A stretch of 64,000 bases of DNA from the sequence record OZ035799.1; one strand, 5' to 3'. Both the position numbers and the translations under genes were made by a program. The notes below the pieces were generated by a model. The model saw only the letters and a list, made by a program, of their open reading frames with translations. It had not been told where the DNA came from and did not search any database. Origin of the DNA: Justusliebigvirus alia. Shown here in pieces: positions 47,208-55,531 of this stretch (position 1 is the first letter of the stretch; each line of letters starts with the position of its first letter).

Positions 47208-47759
47208 ATGCGGATTACTGATAAGTATGTGTTCTTCTTTTCAGCAAAAGATGAATTTAGCAACTGGTATCTATCATCTTTTATTGAACCTTTAGCACCC
47301 AAGTATAATAATTCTATTACAAGTTCTGTTGAATTTACTTGTGTGGAACAATATATGATGTGGAGAAAAGCATGTTTGTTTTATGATTACAGTATTGCAT
47401 CTTCTATTTTAACCGGAGATCTAAGATATACAGGAGAAAAAGAACAAGCATATTATAAACGACTAGGCAGATTAGTTAAAGATTATGATGAAGATACCTG
47501 GGCTTCTTTACGGGAGAAGATTGTCAAGCGTGGTTTGTATCTTAAATACACACAAAATGAAGATCTCAAAAATAAACTTATCGCTTACGCAGATAAGGAG
47601 TTCGTAGAGGCAAGCCCTTATGATTCTATTTATGGTATCAAAATGGGGATGTGGGATCGTGACGTGGAAAATAAGGACTGTTGGAAAGGACAAAATCTTT
47701 TAGGAAAATGGCATACAGACCTTGCTGTTTATCTAAAAGCACAATCTGATATTTCCTGA
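47208..47759 (+). CDS. NADAR/YbiA-like (DUF1768) protein
   Basis: 183 aa; FSNWY and EQYMMWRKA motifs typical of NADAR family; starts at stop of upstream gene. Confidence 0.55.
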   Translation: MRITDKYVFFFSAKDEFSNWYLSSFIEPLAPKYNNSITSSVEFTCVEQYMMWRKACLFYDYSIASSILTGDLRYTGEKEQAYYKRLGRLVKDYDEDTWASLREKIVKRGLYLKYTQNEDLKNKLIAYADKEFVEASPYDSIYGIKMGMWDRDVENKDCWKGQNLLGKWHTDLAVYLKAQSDIS

Positions 47760-47974
47760 TATTTTGAAAATTTTTATTTTTATAAAAAGGGGTGTGGGTT
47801 TCATGTACGGAAATTCACCCTCTGAATAATATATCCAGAGTAAGTATTATTTTGTACTCTGTTAATAAATTATTTAATTTGTTTGTTGGAATATGTTATC
47901 TGGTTTTTAAAAGGCATACTATCTCTTAACTACTACTTATAACAGAACAGTAAAATCATTTTTATAAAAAGGAC

Positions 47975-48180
47975 AAAATTATTTAAAGTTTTTACAGATT
48001 TTTGGGTACAAATTTAGAAAATGAAAAGTTCAAGTTTGGTCAAAATTATTTAAAGTTTTTGTACGTATTTCTATCCAGATTTTGAAAATGAAAACTTCAA
48101 TTTTTTAAAAATTCCCCAGTTTATTTAAAGTTTTTTTGCCTTTTTCCGTAGAAAAATCAAAAATGAAAAGTTCAATTTCG
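47975..48180. repeat. three copies of ~55-bp direct repeat (AAAATTATTTAAAGTTTTT...GAAAATGAAAAGTTCAA)
   Basis: Both sub-motifs recur three times in same order within 200 bp of AT-rich non-coding DNA. Confidence 0.6.
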
Positions 48181-48198
48181 TGTTTTTATGGGTGTGCG

Positions 48199-48312
48199 TA
48201 TGATAATCATTTTCATTTGTAAATGAGAATCATTATCATTTAAGTATGTAAGTGATAATCATTCTCACTAAGAGAATGAGAATCATTAGCAAATGAGAAT
48301 TTTTCTCATTTA
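48199..48312. promoter_or_regulatory. cluster of five Fur-box-like palindromes
   Basis: TGATAATCATTTTC, TGAGAATCATTATC, TGATAATCATTCTC, GAGAATCATTAGC and perfect palindrome AAATGAGAA-TTT-TTCTCATTT; up to 13/14 match to GATAATGATAATCATTATC core. Confidence 0.45.
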
Positions 48313-48573
48313 GAGAATAACGCGCAGGGGTGGTGTTTGTCTCGCGCTCCCGTGTCCCCTCGCCATACAATAAGAATAGCATAACCAACAACAAAAGCAA
48401 GCGATTATTTTTATCTTTACATTTCTTTACAAATTTATTTTAGACGAGCTACCGGCGATCAACCTTCCAACCAGTAGTGCCCTGGTATGTTAGCCCCGCC
48501 TTTACGCCGTGGGGGTGGCGTTTCCTCTTCTGTATGTAAAACAGTATAAGCCCGATCCCTGGGCTTGTCAAGA

Positions 48574-48840
48574 TTATTTTTTGTTTTCTTGCCAGGATAG
48601 GACACCTAACCAAAAATACATGTCGCCCCGCGCCCCTGGCGGGATCTTGCTTTCCCCGCCGCCACTGCAAGCCCATAGATAACCATTTACGAACGTATCA
48701 AAGTGATCTATCTCTTCCACCTTATGATTGCCCAGGTTGAGAACGGTTTCAACCTTTAAGCCCGTTGCGCTTGCTACCTGGTGCACCGTGCCGCCTTGCC
48801 AGCCCAATGAGTGCATGAGATGTAAAGGAGTATTTGTCAT
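48574..48840 (-). CDS. hypothetical protein encoded in GC-rich island
   Basis: 88-aa ORF (MTNTPLHLMHSLGWQGG...) with AAAGGG RBS; surrounding ~600 bp clearly more GC-rich than rest of window. Confidence 0.3.
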   Translation of the reverse strand: MTNTPLHLMHSLGWQGGTVHQVASATGLKVETVLNLGNHKVEEIDHFDTFVNGYLWACSGGGESKIPPGARGDMYFWLGVLSWQENKK

Positions 48841-49105
48841 GGTATCGCCCTTTCTTTGATGTGCGCCCTGGTTGGCGCGGTAGAAAGATAATAGCCGTTT
48901 CCTTTATAGATAGCAAGCAAAAAAGAAATGAAAAAAGATTAAAAAAATGGTTGACGTTCCTCACCTGGTAGCGTAGTATTCATCTTGTCGAGGGGGCGAG
49001 GCACAACGACAATAAACAAAAGGAGGGCGCAATGTAGGACGGGCAAAGGTGAGGATCTCCACAATCCACCGTCACAATAACATTACTTATAAAAGGTTGA
49101 TAACG

Positions 49106-49201
49106 ATGATCAAGAAAGAAAACAGCTTGACGGTTGGAACGATTAACGCTATCATTCTTGCCGTTCCATTTTGGGTTGTAGTAGCGGTTATTATTTTTTA
49201 A
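49106..49201 (+). CDS. possible small membrane peptide (31 aa)
   Basis: ATG with weak AAGG; hydrophobic; not in track. Confidence 0.2.
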   Translation: MIKKENSLTVGTINAIILAVPFWVVVAVIIF

Positions 49202-49209
49202 AAATATTC

Positions 49210-49267
49210 TTGACAACGTTTTTTAATCTGATAAGATGTATCACATAGGGCGGCAATAGTGCCGCTC
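49210..49267 (+). promoter_or_regulatory. promoter-hairpin cassette (TTGACA ... CACATAGGGCGGCAATAGTGCCGCTC)
   Basis: sigma70 -35, then conserved CACATAGGG element with stem GCGGCA/TGCCGC, ~22 nt before ATG 49290. Confidence 0.55.
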
Positions 49268-49289
49268 ATAACAGAAGAGAGAAATAATC

Positions 49290-49562
49290 ATGGCATCATA
49301 TAGCGCATCAATGATTGTAATGGGTATCACTGGTAAACCTATGCGCGGTGGCGGATCTTTCGCTAACATCAATATTGATGGACGTTTATCCCTGGACGCA
49401 GCGATCACAGTGGCACGGGAAACGTTTAAAAAAGAATGTAATTTCAATAAACAAGATTATCTCGGCTTCGTTATTGAAAAAACCGCGCGCTTTGTTGATT
49501 ATAAAAGCCCGAAAATGATCGACACTACACTAAAGGCGCAAGATGTAGCTTTTTTGCTTTAA
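49290..49562 (+). CDS. hypothetical small early-type protein
   Basis: 90-aa track ORF behind cassette. Confidence 0.6.
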   Translation: MASYSASMIVMGITGKPMRGGGSFANINIDGRLSLDAAITVARETFKKECNFNKQDYLGFVIEKTARFVDYKSPKMIDTTLKAQDVAFLL

Positions 49563-49565
49563 GGC

Positions 49566-49625
49566 TTGACACTGAAAAATAATTTGGTAATATATACCAC
49601 ATAAGGCGGGAAATGGTTTCCCGCC
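49566..49625 (+). promoter_or_regulatory. promoter-hairpin cassette (TTGACA ... GGCGGGAAATGGTTTCCCGCC)
   Basis: Perfect 9-bp inverted repeat with TGG loop downstream of -35/-10. Confidence 0.6.
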
Positions 49626-49647
49626 AAATCAAAGAAAGGGTAACACA

Positions 49648-50010
49648 ATGAGCAAGCAAATCAATACTATCATGTTAAACCTGGTATCTTTCCGTGATGA
49701 CGTGAAAAATCTTTCGCGTGATGCAGTGGATGCACGGATCGAAAGCTATCGCACACAGATCGCAACATTACCGTTAAAACGTGATCAACATGCCGCTAAT
49801 ATGATGCTTGATGCTATGATTAAAAAGATGATTCAGTGTGATCTTACCCTGGCTTATGAATATGCTGGCGATCTCTTTGTAACGTATAATAAGCCCGTTC
49901 CAGGTATGAGCACCACGGAAGAATTGCATGCCTTAAATCTGCGACAAGATGCATGGGATAACATGCGCCGTGTTATGGTATGGGCCGAAAGCGGTAAAAT
50001 TTACGAATAA
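49648..50010 (+). CDS. hypothetical protein
   Basis: 120-aa track ORF; AAAGGG RBS. Confidence 0.6.
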   Translation: MSKQINTIMLNLVSFRDDVKNLSRDAVDARIESYRTQIATLPLKRDQHAANMMLDAMIKKMIQCDLTLAYEYAGDLFVTYNKPVPGMSTTEELHALNLRQDAWDNMRRVMVWAESGKIYE

Positions 50011-50016
50011 AAACGG

Positions 50017-50070
50017 TTGACATTGCACGAAAACCTGATAAGCTATCTTAAAGCGGGAATAGTTCCCGCT
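50017..50070 (+). promoter_or_regulatory. promoter-hairpin cassette (TTGACA ... AGCGGGAATAGTTCCCGCT)
   Basis: -35 hexamer plus 8-bp stem variant of the conserved hairpin. Confidence 0.55.
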
Positions 50071-50088
50071 TACATAGGATAAAACTTT

Positions 50089-50235
50089 ATGAAACAATAT
50101 GTAATGAGTATTCACACCAAAAACGGCGCTACTGTTACGACTCCGGCACGGTTTGCACTTGTAAACCGTTGCAAGAGACTAAAACGAGAGCTAAAAAATA
50201 ACCGTGCAACCGGTTTTAAACGCTGGGGAGGATAA
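50089..50235 (+). CDS. small basic protein (48 aa)
   Basis: Not in track; directly behind cassette; stop overlaps RBS of next gene. Confidence 0.45.
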   Translation: MKQYVMSIHTKNGATVTTPARFALVNRCKRLKRELKNNRATGFKRWGG

Positions 50236-50237
50236 TC

Positions 50238-50498
50238 TTGTTTTTTCTAAAAGTTTTTGATAATGTGATCGCTTTTGAACATGCTACGACGTTCGACCTG
50301 GCGAGATACGCTATCAGGTTTAAAGATAATGTTTATCCCCGTGCTGGCGGCGGTTACACTATTTTTAATCATCGTAATGCGCAACTAACAGATATAACGA
50401 ATCCAGATCCTGGAGTGTATCGCATAGGCTGGCTACCGTCAAAAGACGCTGCAAGCATGTTTAAGGTATGTAAACTACTAACAGAAGAGGCGAACTAA
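50238..50498 (+). CDS. hypothetical protein
   Basis: 86 aa; TTG start 5 nt after GGGGAGGA. Confidence 0.5.
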   Translation: MFFLKVFDNVIAFEHATTFDLARYAIRFKDNVYPRAGGGYTIFNHRNAQLTDITNPDPGVYRIGWLPSKDAASMFKVCKLLTEEAN

Positions 50499-50499
50499 C

Positions 50500-51054
50500 A
50501 TGGGGCGTGAATATGTGATCCAGTCCTGGGTAAAGCATGATGCTAATGATCCGCGCATAATACCAGATGACATGATCGATCACATGGTAGGGTATAGCGG
50601 GGAGCAGATAGGAAATCGAGCGGCAAAGAGCAACGGCAACACCAGGACGCGATCCGTTCGCCCTGGATGGCTGGCGAATGGTAACGCTGACATTGCAAGC
50701 GCCGCAGATCCAAGCGATGACGCTAAAAATAATCCCTTATACAGCATTGATCCGGCTTTTAAGGTGTTGGAAGAGTATCCCGCTAAATTAGCCGCACTAG
50801 ATAAGGCATACGAAGAAAAGCGCATGGCATGGACTGTATACAACACCGCTAAAATGGTGCTAGATGCAAAATTGATTAAAGCCCAGGAGAAGATCAATAA
50901 ACTTGTTGCAGTAGCGCAAGAGGAAGACCAGGGCGACCAGGAGGAAGAGGAAGAAATCATGCCTACCCTGGAAGAGGAAGAGATCCAGCCATACATGCCG
51001 ACGGAAGAGGAAAAAAGACAAGCCTTAAAAAATTATGAAAATTGCATTGTGTAA
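50500..51054 (+). CDS. hypothetical protein with acidic C-terminal tail
   Basis: 184-aa track ORF; C-terminus EEDQGDQEEEEE. Confidence 0.55.
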   Translation: MGREYVIQSWVKHDANDPRIIPDDMIDHMVGYSGEQIGNRAAKSNGNTRTRSVRPGWLANGNADIASAADPSDDAKNNPLYSIDPAFKVLEEYPAKLAALDKAYEEKRMAWTVYNTAKMVLDAKLIKAQEKINKLVAVAQEEDQGDQEEEEEIMPTLEEEEIQPYMPTEEEKRQALKNYENCIV

Positions 51055-51057
51055 GGC

Positions 51058-51113
51058 TTGACATATGCAAACAAGCCCCGTAATATATACCACATAGAGC
51101 GGGGCAACGCCTC
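51058..51113 (+). promoter_or_regulatory. degenerate promoter-hairpin cassette
   Basis: TTGACA, TAATAT, then CACATAGAGCGGGGCAACGCC (imperfect copy of conserved element). Confidence 0.4.
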
Positions 51114-51132
51114 AAAGGTGAAATAAAAATCA

Positions 51133-51161
51133 CTTGACACCTGAAATCAGTAAGCTATAAT
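51133..51161 (+). promoter_or_regulatory. consensus sigma70 promoter (TTGACA-N17-TATAAT)
   Basis: Perfect -35 and -10 hexamers with 17-bp spacer, ~37 nt upstream of ATG 51199. Confidence 0.65.
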
Positions 51162-51198
51162 GCTTATATAGATTGAAACATTACTAAGGAATAAAAGC

Positions 51199-51378
51199 AT
51201 GGCTATTATTGCAAAGACTGAGATCGTAGGTTTAGATTCTATCATCCTGGCATATGAGGAAGCTATAGAAATGTATGTGGTTTCCTATGGTGATTATATC
51301 CGTGAATATAAATTTATTGATCTAGCTTTTGAATGTTATATTCACCAGGTCAATAAAGCCTATGATGATTATCGTTAA
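51199..51378 (+). CDS. small hypothetical protein (59 aa)
   Basis: Not in track; AAGGAATAA RBS; downstream of consensus promoter. Confidence 0.45.
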   Translation: MAIIAKTEIVGLDSIILAYEEAIEMYVVSYGDYIREYKFIDLAFECYIHQVNKAYDDYR

Positions 51379-51397
51379 AAGTTTTAGTCTTGTGCTA

Positions 51398-51426
51398 TTG
51401 ACAACGAACGATAGTACAAGCATAAT
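51398..51426 (+). promoter_or_regulatory. sigma70 promoter (TTGACA-N17-CATAAT)
   Basis: Hexamers upstream of ATG 51474; no hairpin in this copy. Confidence 0.5.
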
Positions 51427-51473
51427 AACTTTTATCGGGAATACTCCTAACTAATCAAAAGAGATTAAAGACT

Positions 51474-51839
51474 ATGGCTAAAAATATCAATGTTTCTGCT
51501 TATGCTACCCTGGCTAACACTGCTAAAATTGAACTATCCAGCATTGAAGCGGTACATATTAGCGCCCGTCGCTGGTTTCAAAAGTCTTATGGTAATACTT
51601 ATTTCTCTTTGATGGTTGACGTTGAGATCGGCGGTAAACTGATTGAAGTCGTTAACGTTCCGTTTCATTATGGTTATGGTGATCATTTTGATACCGTTGC
51701 CCTGGAAGAGTTTAGCAAGGTTATCAACCTGGAAGGTAAAGACTTTTCAAATTATGCTTACCTTTCCCGTTTTTGCCGTGACAATGGGATCGCTGTATAC
51801 AGTCATGCAAGCGATGTTAAACGTAAAAAAGATTTATAA
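51474..51839 (+). CDS. hypothetical protein
   Basis: 121-aa track ORF. Confidence 0.6.
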   Translation: MAKNINVSAYATLANTAKIELSSIEAVHISARRWFQKSYGNTYFSLMVDVEIGGKLIEVVNVPFHYGYGDHFDTVALEEFSKVINLEGKDFSNYAYLSRFCRDNGIAVYSHASDVKRKKDL

Positions 51840-51845
51840 AAAGCA

Positions 51846-51903
51846 TTGACAGCACGAATAAAAAGCATATAATACTTATATCGAGAGCGGGAATAGTTCC
51901 CGC
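51846..51903 (+). promoter_or_regulatory. promoter-hairpin cassette (TTGACA-N16-TATAAT ... GCGGGAATAGTTCCCGC)
   Basis: Near-consensus promoter followed by conserved stem-loop. Confidence 0.6.
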
Positions 51904-51927
51904 CTCACTGAAAAAGAGATTAACATC

Positions 51928-52167
51928 ATGGCTAAATCTAAAATGTACAACGGTCACAAAAACAAAACTCATTGGAATGTAAGCCTTTGGATTAATAACG
52001 ATGAATCGTTATACTTATACGCTGTAGGTTTAATAAATGAGTGTGGTAATAAAGATAAAGCGGCGGATCTAATGTGCTACAGATTAAAACAGGACGGAAT
52101 CACTCATACACCTGATGGTTTCAAGTATAGTAAAACTGCAATCCGTGCCGCTATGGTTGGAATGTAA
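51928..52167 (+). CDS. hypothetical protein
   Basis: 79-aa track ORF. Confidence 0.6.
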   Translation: MAKSKMYNGHKNKTHWNVSLWINNDESLYLYAVGLINECGNKDKAADLMCYRLKQDGITHTPDGFKYSKTAIRAAMVGM

Positions 52168-52180
52168 AGGAGACATAAAA

Positions 52181-52261
52181 ATGAAACATCGTTCGACCTA
52201 TCTCACAAAACGTTTTAGCTTAGATCATAAATTGGGCTATTACGGAAGAAATAGAAAATAA
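52181..52261 (+). CDS. possible micro-ORF (26 aa)
   Basis: ATG after AAAGGAGAC; ends at next promoter. Confidence 0.25.
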   Translation: MKHRSTYLTKRFSLDHKLGYYGRNRK

Positions 52262-52262
52262 T

Positions 52263-52322
52263 TTGACACTGTTTAAAATTCTGGTATAGTTTATCACATA
52301 GGGCGGGAAATGGTTTCCCGCC
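52263..52322 (+). promoter_or_regulatory. promoter-hairpin cassette (TTGACA-N16-TATAGT ... GGCGGGAAATGGTTTCCCGCC)
   Basis: Same 21-nt hairpin as at 49605, 53182, 57503. Confidence 0.6.
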
Positions 52323-52344
52323 AAATCAAAGAAAGGTTATCATT

Positions 52345-52572
52345 ATGGCTATCGTTATTGTTCGCGTATCCGGTACGGTTGGAATCTCTCAGGTAGTAGC
52401 AGTTATCACAGAGAAGAAAGGGGATGATCTTCACTCCTCCTTGAATAGCTGGGCGGTCGCTAACTTTGGGCAATGGTCGAGCGTTGAGTACATCGAAGCC
52501 TACCAGGTGCCAACGATTAGCCTAACCGATCTGAATGTTGATCGCTTGTTGTGCCTGGATCAATTAAATTAA
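52345..52572 (+). CDS. hypothetical protein
   Basis: 75-aa track ORF. Confidence 0.6.
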   Translation: MAIVIVRVSGTVGISQVVAVITEKKGDDLHSSLNSWAVANFGQWSSVEYIEAYQVPTISLTDLNVDRLLCLDQLN

Positions 52573-52580
52573 AAATAATA

Positions 52581-52638
52581 TTGACAAGATAACTAAAATC
52601 AGTAAAATGTAATGCATAGGGCGGCAATAGTGCCGCTC
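52581..52638 (+). promoter_or_regulatory. promoter-hairpin cassette (TTGACA ... GGGCGGCAATAGTGCCGCTC)
   Basis: Same hairpin variant as at 49248 and 56429. Confidence 0.55.
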
Positions 52639-52659
52639 CTAGTGAGAGAGATTATCAAA

Positions 52660-52875
52660 ATGACTAATATCCGCACCTTGTTAAAAAATGCAAAGCAAGT
52701 TTTATTTTCAGATGACGAATATTTTAATAAAGATATTACAGGCGTGAAAAATTTAAAAGACGTGAAGGATGTTATCGGTATCCGTGGATCTTTACGTAAA
52801 GGTGACATATACGGTAACAAGGTGCAATATAAACTGTCAAAAGATTATGATTTTACTTTGACATTTATTTCATAA
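52660..52875 (+). CDS. hypothetical protein
   Basis: Track ORF 52612 starts inside cassette; ATG at 52660 follows cassette. Confidence 0.55.
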   Translation: MTNIRTLLKNAKQVLFSDDEYFNKDITGVKNLKDVKDVIGIRGSLRKGDIYGNKVQYKLSKDYDFTLTFIS

Positions 52876-52881
52876 AACCGC

Positions 52882-52942
52882 TTGCAATACTGCAAAAATA
52901 AAGTAAACTGTACTCATCAAGGCGGTGGAATAGCCCACCGCC
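52882..52942 (+). promoter_or_regulatory. promoter-like TTGCAA plus hairpin GGCGGTGG-AATAG-CCACCGCC
   Basis: 8-bp perfect stem with AATAG loop as in other cassettes. Confidence 0.45.
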
Positions 52943-52965
52943 TAACAAAGAGAAGAGGAAACATC

Positions 52966-53136
52966 ATGATCACTTTCGCTACCCGTGAAGCCGCTCGCAA
53001 CGTTGCACGTAAAGTTAACGCCGCCAACCTGGGCGCTACGCTTAAAGCCCCGGTAAAAGATGAATCAGGTAAATGGATCTTCCCTGGTCTGCGTCACGCT
53101 GATAAGCTGGGAACGTTAACGCTAAAAAATAAATAA
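52966..53136 (+). CDS. small hypothetical protein (56 aa)
   Basis: ATG after AGAGAAGAGGAAA; track ORF extends upstream through hairpin. Confidence 0.5.
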   Translation: MITFATREAARNVARKVNAANLGATLKAPVKDESGKWIFPGLRHADKLGTLTLKNK

Positions 53137-53143
53137 AATCCGC

Positions 53144-53202
53144 TTGACAGTAGCATCATTTATAAGTAAAGTAACAACAACGGCGGGAAATGGTTTCCCG
53201 CC
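53144..53202 (+). promoter_or_regulatory. promoter-hairpin cassette (TTGACA ... GGCGGGAAATGGTTTCCCGCC)
   Basis: -35 hexamer and conserved 21-nt hairpin. Confidence 0.6.
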
Positions 53203-53222
53203 ATCAATAAAGAGATAAGATC

Positions 53223-53582
53223 ATGAAATCAGTAAAAGCAATTAAAACTTACATTGTGTCGGCTATTTCTTTTGATGGTACTACAACCGAAAAAGAAAAG
53301 ATCACCGAACTGATGCGCCGTTTTAACTCTGAATACTGGTATCCCGATAATCAAAAACGTTACAATTATAACGTGATCAAGGCGATAGCCTCATGGTTAC
53401 AAGGTTTACCGTCAGAAATCAATATTGCTTTTGATTATAACGAGATCGATCACTTGTTAATTGAATGGAAGTACATAAAAGAAACAAGCAAAGAAACAAC
53501 CGTTACCCGTGAGCGGGAAAATTATTGGTTATATATTGCAAGCATGATCGTAATCCTGGCAAAACAGCATAACGTGGCGTAA
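53223..53582 (+). CDS. hypothetical protein
   Basis: 119-aa track ORF. Confidence 0.6.
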   Translation: MKSVKAIKTYIVSAISFDGTTTEKEKITELMRRFNSEYWYPDNQKRYNYNVIKAIASWLQGLPSEINIAFDYNEIDHLLIEWKYIKETSKETTVTRERENYWLYIASMIVILAKQHNVA

Positions 53583-53597
53583 TTAAGAGGAAGAAAC

Positions 53598-53735
53598 ATG
53601 AACGCATCACAGCAGATCGAAAAATTCAACCGCAGCAAGGCGCGTAAAGATTGGAACGAAGAGATCACCAAAAAAGGCGACAAGCGGAACAAAACAAAGA
53701 GAGATCGCAGCACAAAAAGATACTGGAACGAATAA
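53598..53735 (+). CDS. small highly basic protein (45 aa)
   Basis: Not in track; ATG after AAGAGGAAGAAA; followed by terminator. Confidence 0.4.
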   Translation: MNASQQIEKFNRSKARKDWNEEITKKGDKRNKTKRDRSTKRYWNE

Positions 53736-53742
53736 CAAAAAA

Positions 53743-53763
53743 GGGCGCAATAAGCGCCCTTTT
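53743..53763 (+). terminator. rho-independent terminator (GGGCGC-AATAA-GCGCCC + T-run)
   Basis: Same terminator sequence recurs at ~59124. Confidence 0.55.
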
Positions 53764-53853
53764 AGCTTATATAGAGGCTTGTTACCCATAGGCAATGGTA
53801 ATGCCAGGATAAGCCTATAAACCACGTTAGACAGCTTTACAGGAGCTTTAAAA

Positions 53854-54036
53854 ATGAAATTAGAAGAAATAAGCAAGGCACTAGCCCAGGGGCAAAGGTT
53901 AAACGCCCGTTATCGTGATCAATATGGCTTCATAACCAGCGGCGTGATCCTGGGGATTGAAGGCAATAAGATTTTTATTGACACGTTGAAAAACGTTGTA
54001 TATAGTGACAATATAATCTCAATAAAACATATATGA
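53854..54036 (+). CDS. hypothetical protein
   Basis: 60-aa track ORF; AGGAG RBS. Confidence 0.5.
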   Translation: MKLEEISKALAQGQRLNARYRDQYGFITSGVILGIEGNKIFIDTLKNVVYSDNIISIKHI

Positions 54037-54044
54037 GGCAAGAA

Positions 54045-54446
54045 ATGAAAAAATTATTGATCGCTGGTTTAATCTCTTTTGGCATGGTTGGAACATCTAG
54101 CGCGGCGATATCCTCCACAGTAGCAGAATTAAGCGCCGTTGATGCAATGGAAAACGTCATGCTTATTAATAATGCGATCCCCGATGAAATCATGGAGGAT
54201 TCACACATGATCGCTTATGGTGCTGTTACACAACTAACGGCAAAAATAGATAAATCTATTGTTAATGGCTTAAATGAAGATGTACCATGTGAAATTATTA
54301 CCAGTGTGCTCACTACTCAAAATTTTACGCCGTGGTTAAAAAGTATTCAAAAAGTACACAGTACAGCCGCAGATCGTAGCAATGAAAAACTAGTGTCAGC
54401 ACTTGCAACGTATACCCTAGCAAAATGTACCGAGATAAAAGATTGA
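54045..54446 (+). CDS. secreted protein with signal peptide
   Basis: MKKLLIAGLISFGMVGTSSAA signal peptide; track start 54033 is 4 codons upstream. Confidence 0.5.
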   Translation: MKKLLIAGLISFGMVGTSSAAISSTVAELSAVDAMENVMLINNAIPDEIMEDSHMIAYGAVTQLTAKIDKSIVNGLNEDVPCEIITSVLTTQNFTPWLKSIQKVHSTAADRSNEKLVSALATYTLAKCTEIKD

Positions 54447-54493
54447 CAATATAGAAAGCACGTTATAAGATACACACAACAAAGGAGAACTAC

Positions 54494-54796
54494 ATGAACG
54501 GCATAGCTAAAACGTTTTTTCTTTTTTCTGGTGTAAATGATCCATCAATAAAAGTCGATAGTGTAAAAGAAAACAATACTATCACAGCTAAATTGTCTCA
54601 AGATGAAACAAATAACGTGCTAATCATTAATCTTAAAGAAATAACAAAAGGTTATTACACTATTGCTTACCATGCGATCTATAATGCTGGTACTAGTGAG
54701 GAAGTGCAAACAAGCAACAACGAAAGCGCGGCGCTACCTGGTGATCTGGTGCTGGGCGTTATCAGTTTAATTGTCAATGATTTTTTTAAGGAGTAA
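54494..54796 (+). CDS. hypothetical protein
   Basis: 100-aa track ORF; AAAGGAGAA RBS. Confidence 0.55.
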   Translation: MNGIAKTFFLFSGVNDPSIKVDSVKENNTITAKLSQDETNNVLIINLKEITKGYYTIAYHAIYNAGTSEEVQTSNNESAALPGDLVLGVISLIVNDFFKE

Positions 54797-54800
54797 AACC

Positions 54801-54896
54801 ATGCCCTATTTACATTTATTTTTCGGTATCTTATTGACAGGATCTTTTTTCTTCTGTATGCTTGTTTCTATTGTAAACCACGTTTTAAGACATTAA
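54801..54896 (+). CDS. possible hydrophobic peptide (31 aa)
   Basis: ATG 4 nt after AAGGAG; not in track. Confidence 0.3.
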   Translation: MPYLHLFFGILLTGSFFFCMLVSIVNHVLRH

Positions 54897-54905
54897 GGAA
54901 ACAGC

Positions 54906-55025
54906 ATGAAAATTATTCCCGTACAGTATAGCGTAATAAATCCAGCATATGAGGAAGGAAGGAAAACAAGCATGGCTTTATGTTGTATTGCTACTATAGC
55001 CATGTTATTATATATTGTGTTTTAA
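54906..55025 (+). CDS. possible small membrane protein (39 aa)
   Basis: ATG after AAGGAAACAGC; hydrophobic C-terminus. Confidence 0.3.
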   Translation: MKIIPVQYSVINPAYEEGRKTSMALCCIATIAMLLYIVF

Positions 55026-55054
55026 TAGGTTTTATAGTTGTACGCTTTAAAGGC

Positions 55055-55085
55055 TTGACAATTTTTTGTTATGCTTTAAAATATA
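55055..55085 (+). promoter_or_regulatory. putative sigma70 promoter (TTGACA)
   Basis: -35 hexamer upstream of ATG 55126; no clear hairpin. Confidence 0.35.
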
Positions 55086-55125
55086 TCTTGAAAACGGCAA
55101 AGGCCGCAAACAAAAGGGTAAAATT

Positions 55126-55449
55126 ATGAAATCTGTGATCGGTGTTTATTTGGATAACTCTGATTTTTTCTATCATCGTGCGCGTTTCCTTGATGCGATT
55201 GAAATGATAGAATCAGGCTTTAAAGAGTATCGCCTTGCACATGATGACCTGGAAGCATTACAGGGCAATAGTGTTTTTACATTGCAAGCTAAAGCACTAT
55301 GCAAAAGCCGGATCGACATTGCAAGCAAAAAGATAGAACGCGGCATGTCCTGGTTGCGCACCGCAGAAATCAACATGGGGCAATGGTACGGCGAAAACTT
55401 AGAAAATAAACACACTTTTGTAAATGTAGAAAATATTAAAGATTATTGA
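55126..55449 (+). CDS. hypothetical protein
   Basis: Track ORF 55066 begins at TTG inside promoter; ATG at 55126 after AAAGGG. Confidence 0.5.
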   Translation: MKSVIGVYLDNSDFFYHRARFLDAIEMIESGFKEYRLAHDDLEALQGNSVFTLQAKALCKSRIDIASKKIERGMSWLRTAEINMGQWYGENLENKHTFVNVENIKDY

Positions 55450-55511
55450 TTGACAGCACACCTGATAAGTAATATATTGTATCTCATAGAGCGGGGAAAT
55501 GGTTTCCCCGC
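55450..55511 (+). promoter_or_regulatory. promoter-hairpin cassette (TTGACA ... GCGGGGAAATGGTTTCCCCGC)
   Basis: -35 directly after upstream stop; conserved hairpin variant. Confidence 0.6.
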
Positions 55512-55531
55512 CTTAACAGAAGAGATAAGAT

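Noticed and set aside
48199-48312. DnaA boxes or IHF sites as the identity of the AT-rich palindromes
   Set aside because: Motifs do not match TTATCCACA or WATCAANNNNTTR; best match is to the Fur-box core, though this remains a hypothesis.
48449-49216. Overlapping minus-strand track ORFs 48449-48676, 48749-48964 and 48980-49216
   Set aside because: Mutually overlapping, no RBS, composition driven by GC-rich DNA; only 48574-48840 kept as low-confidence CDS.
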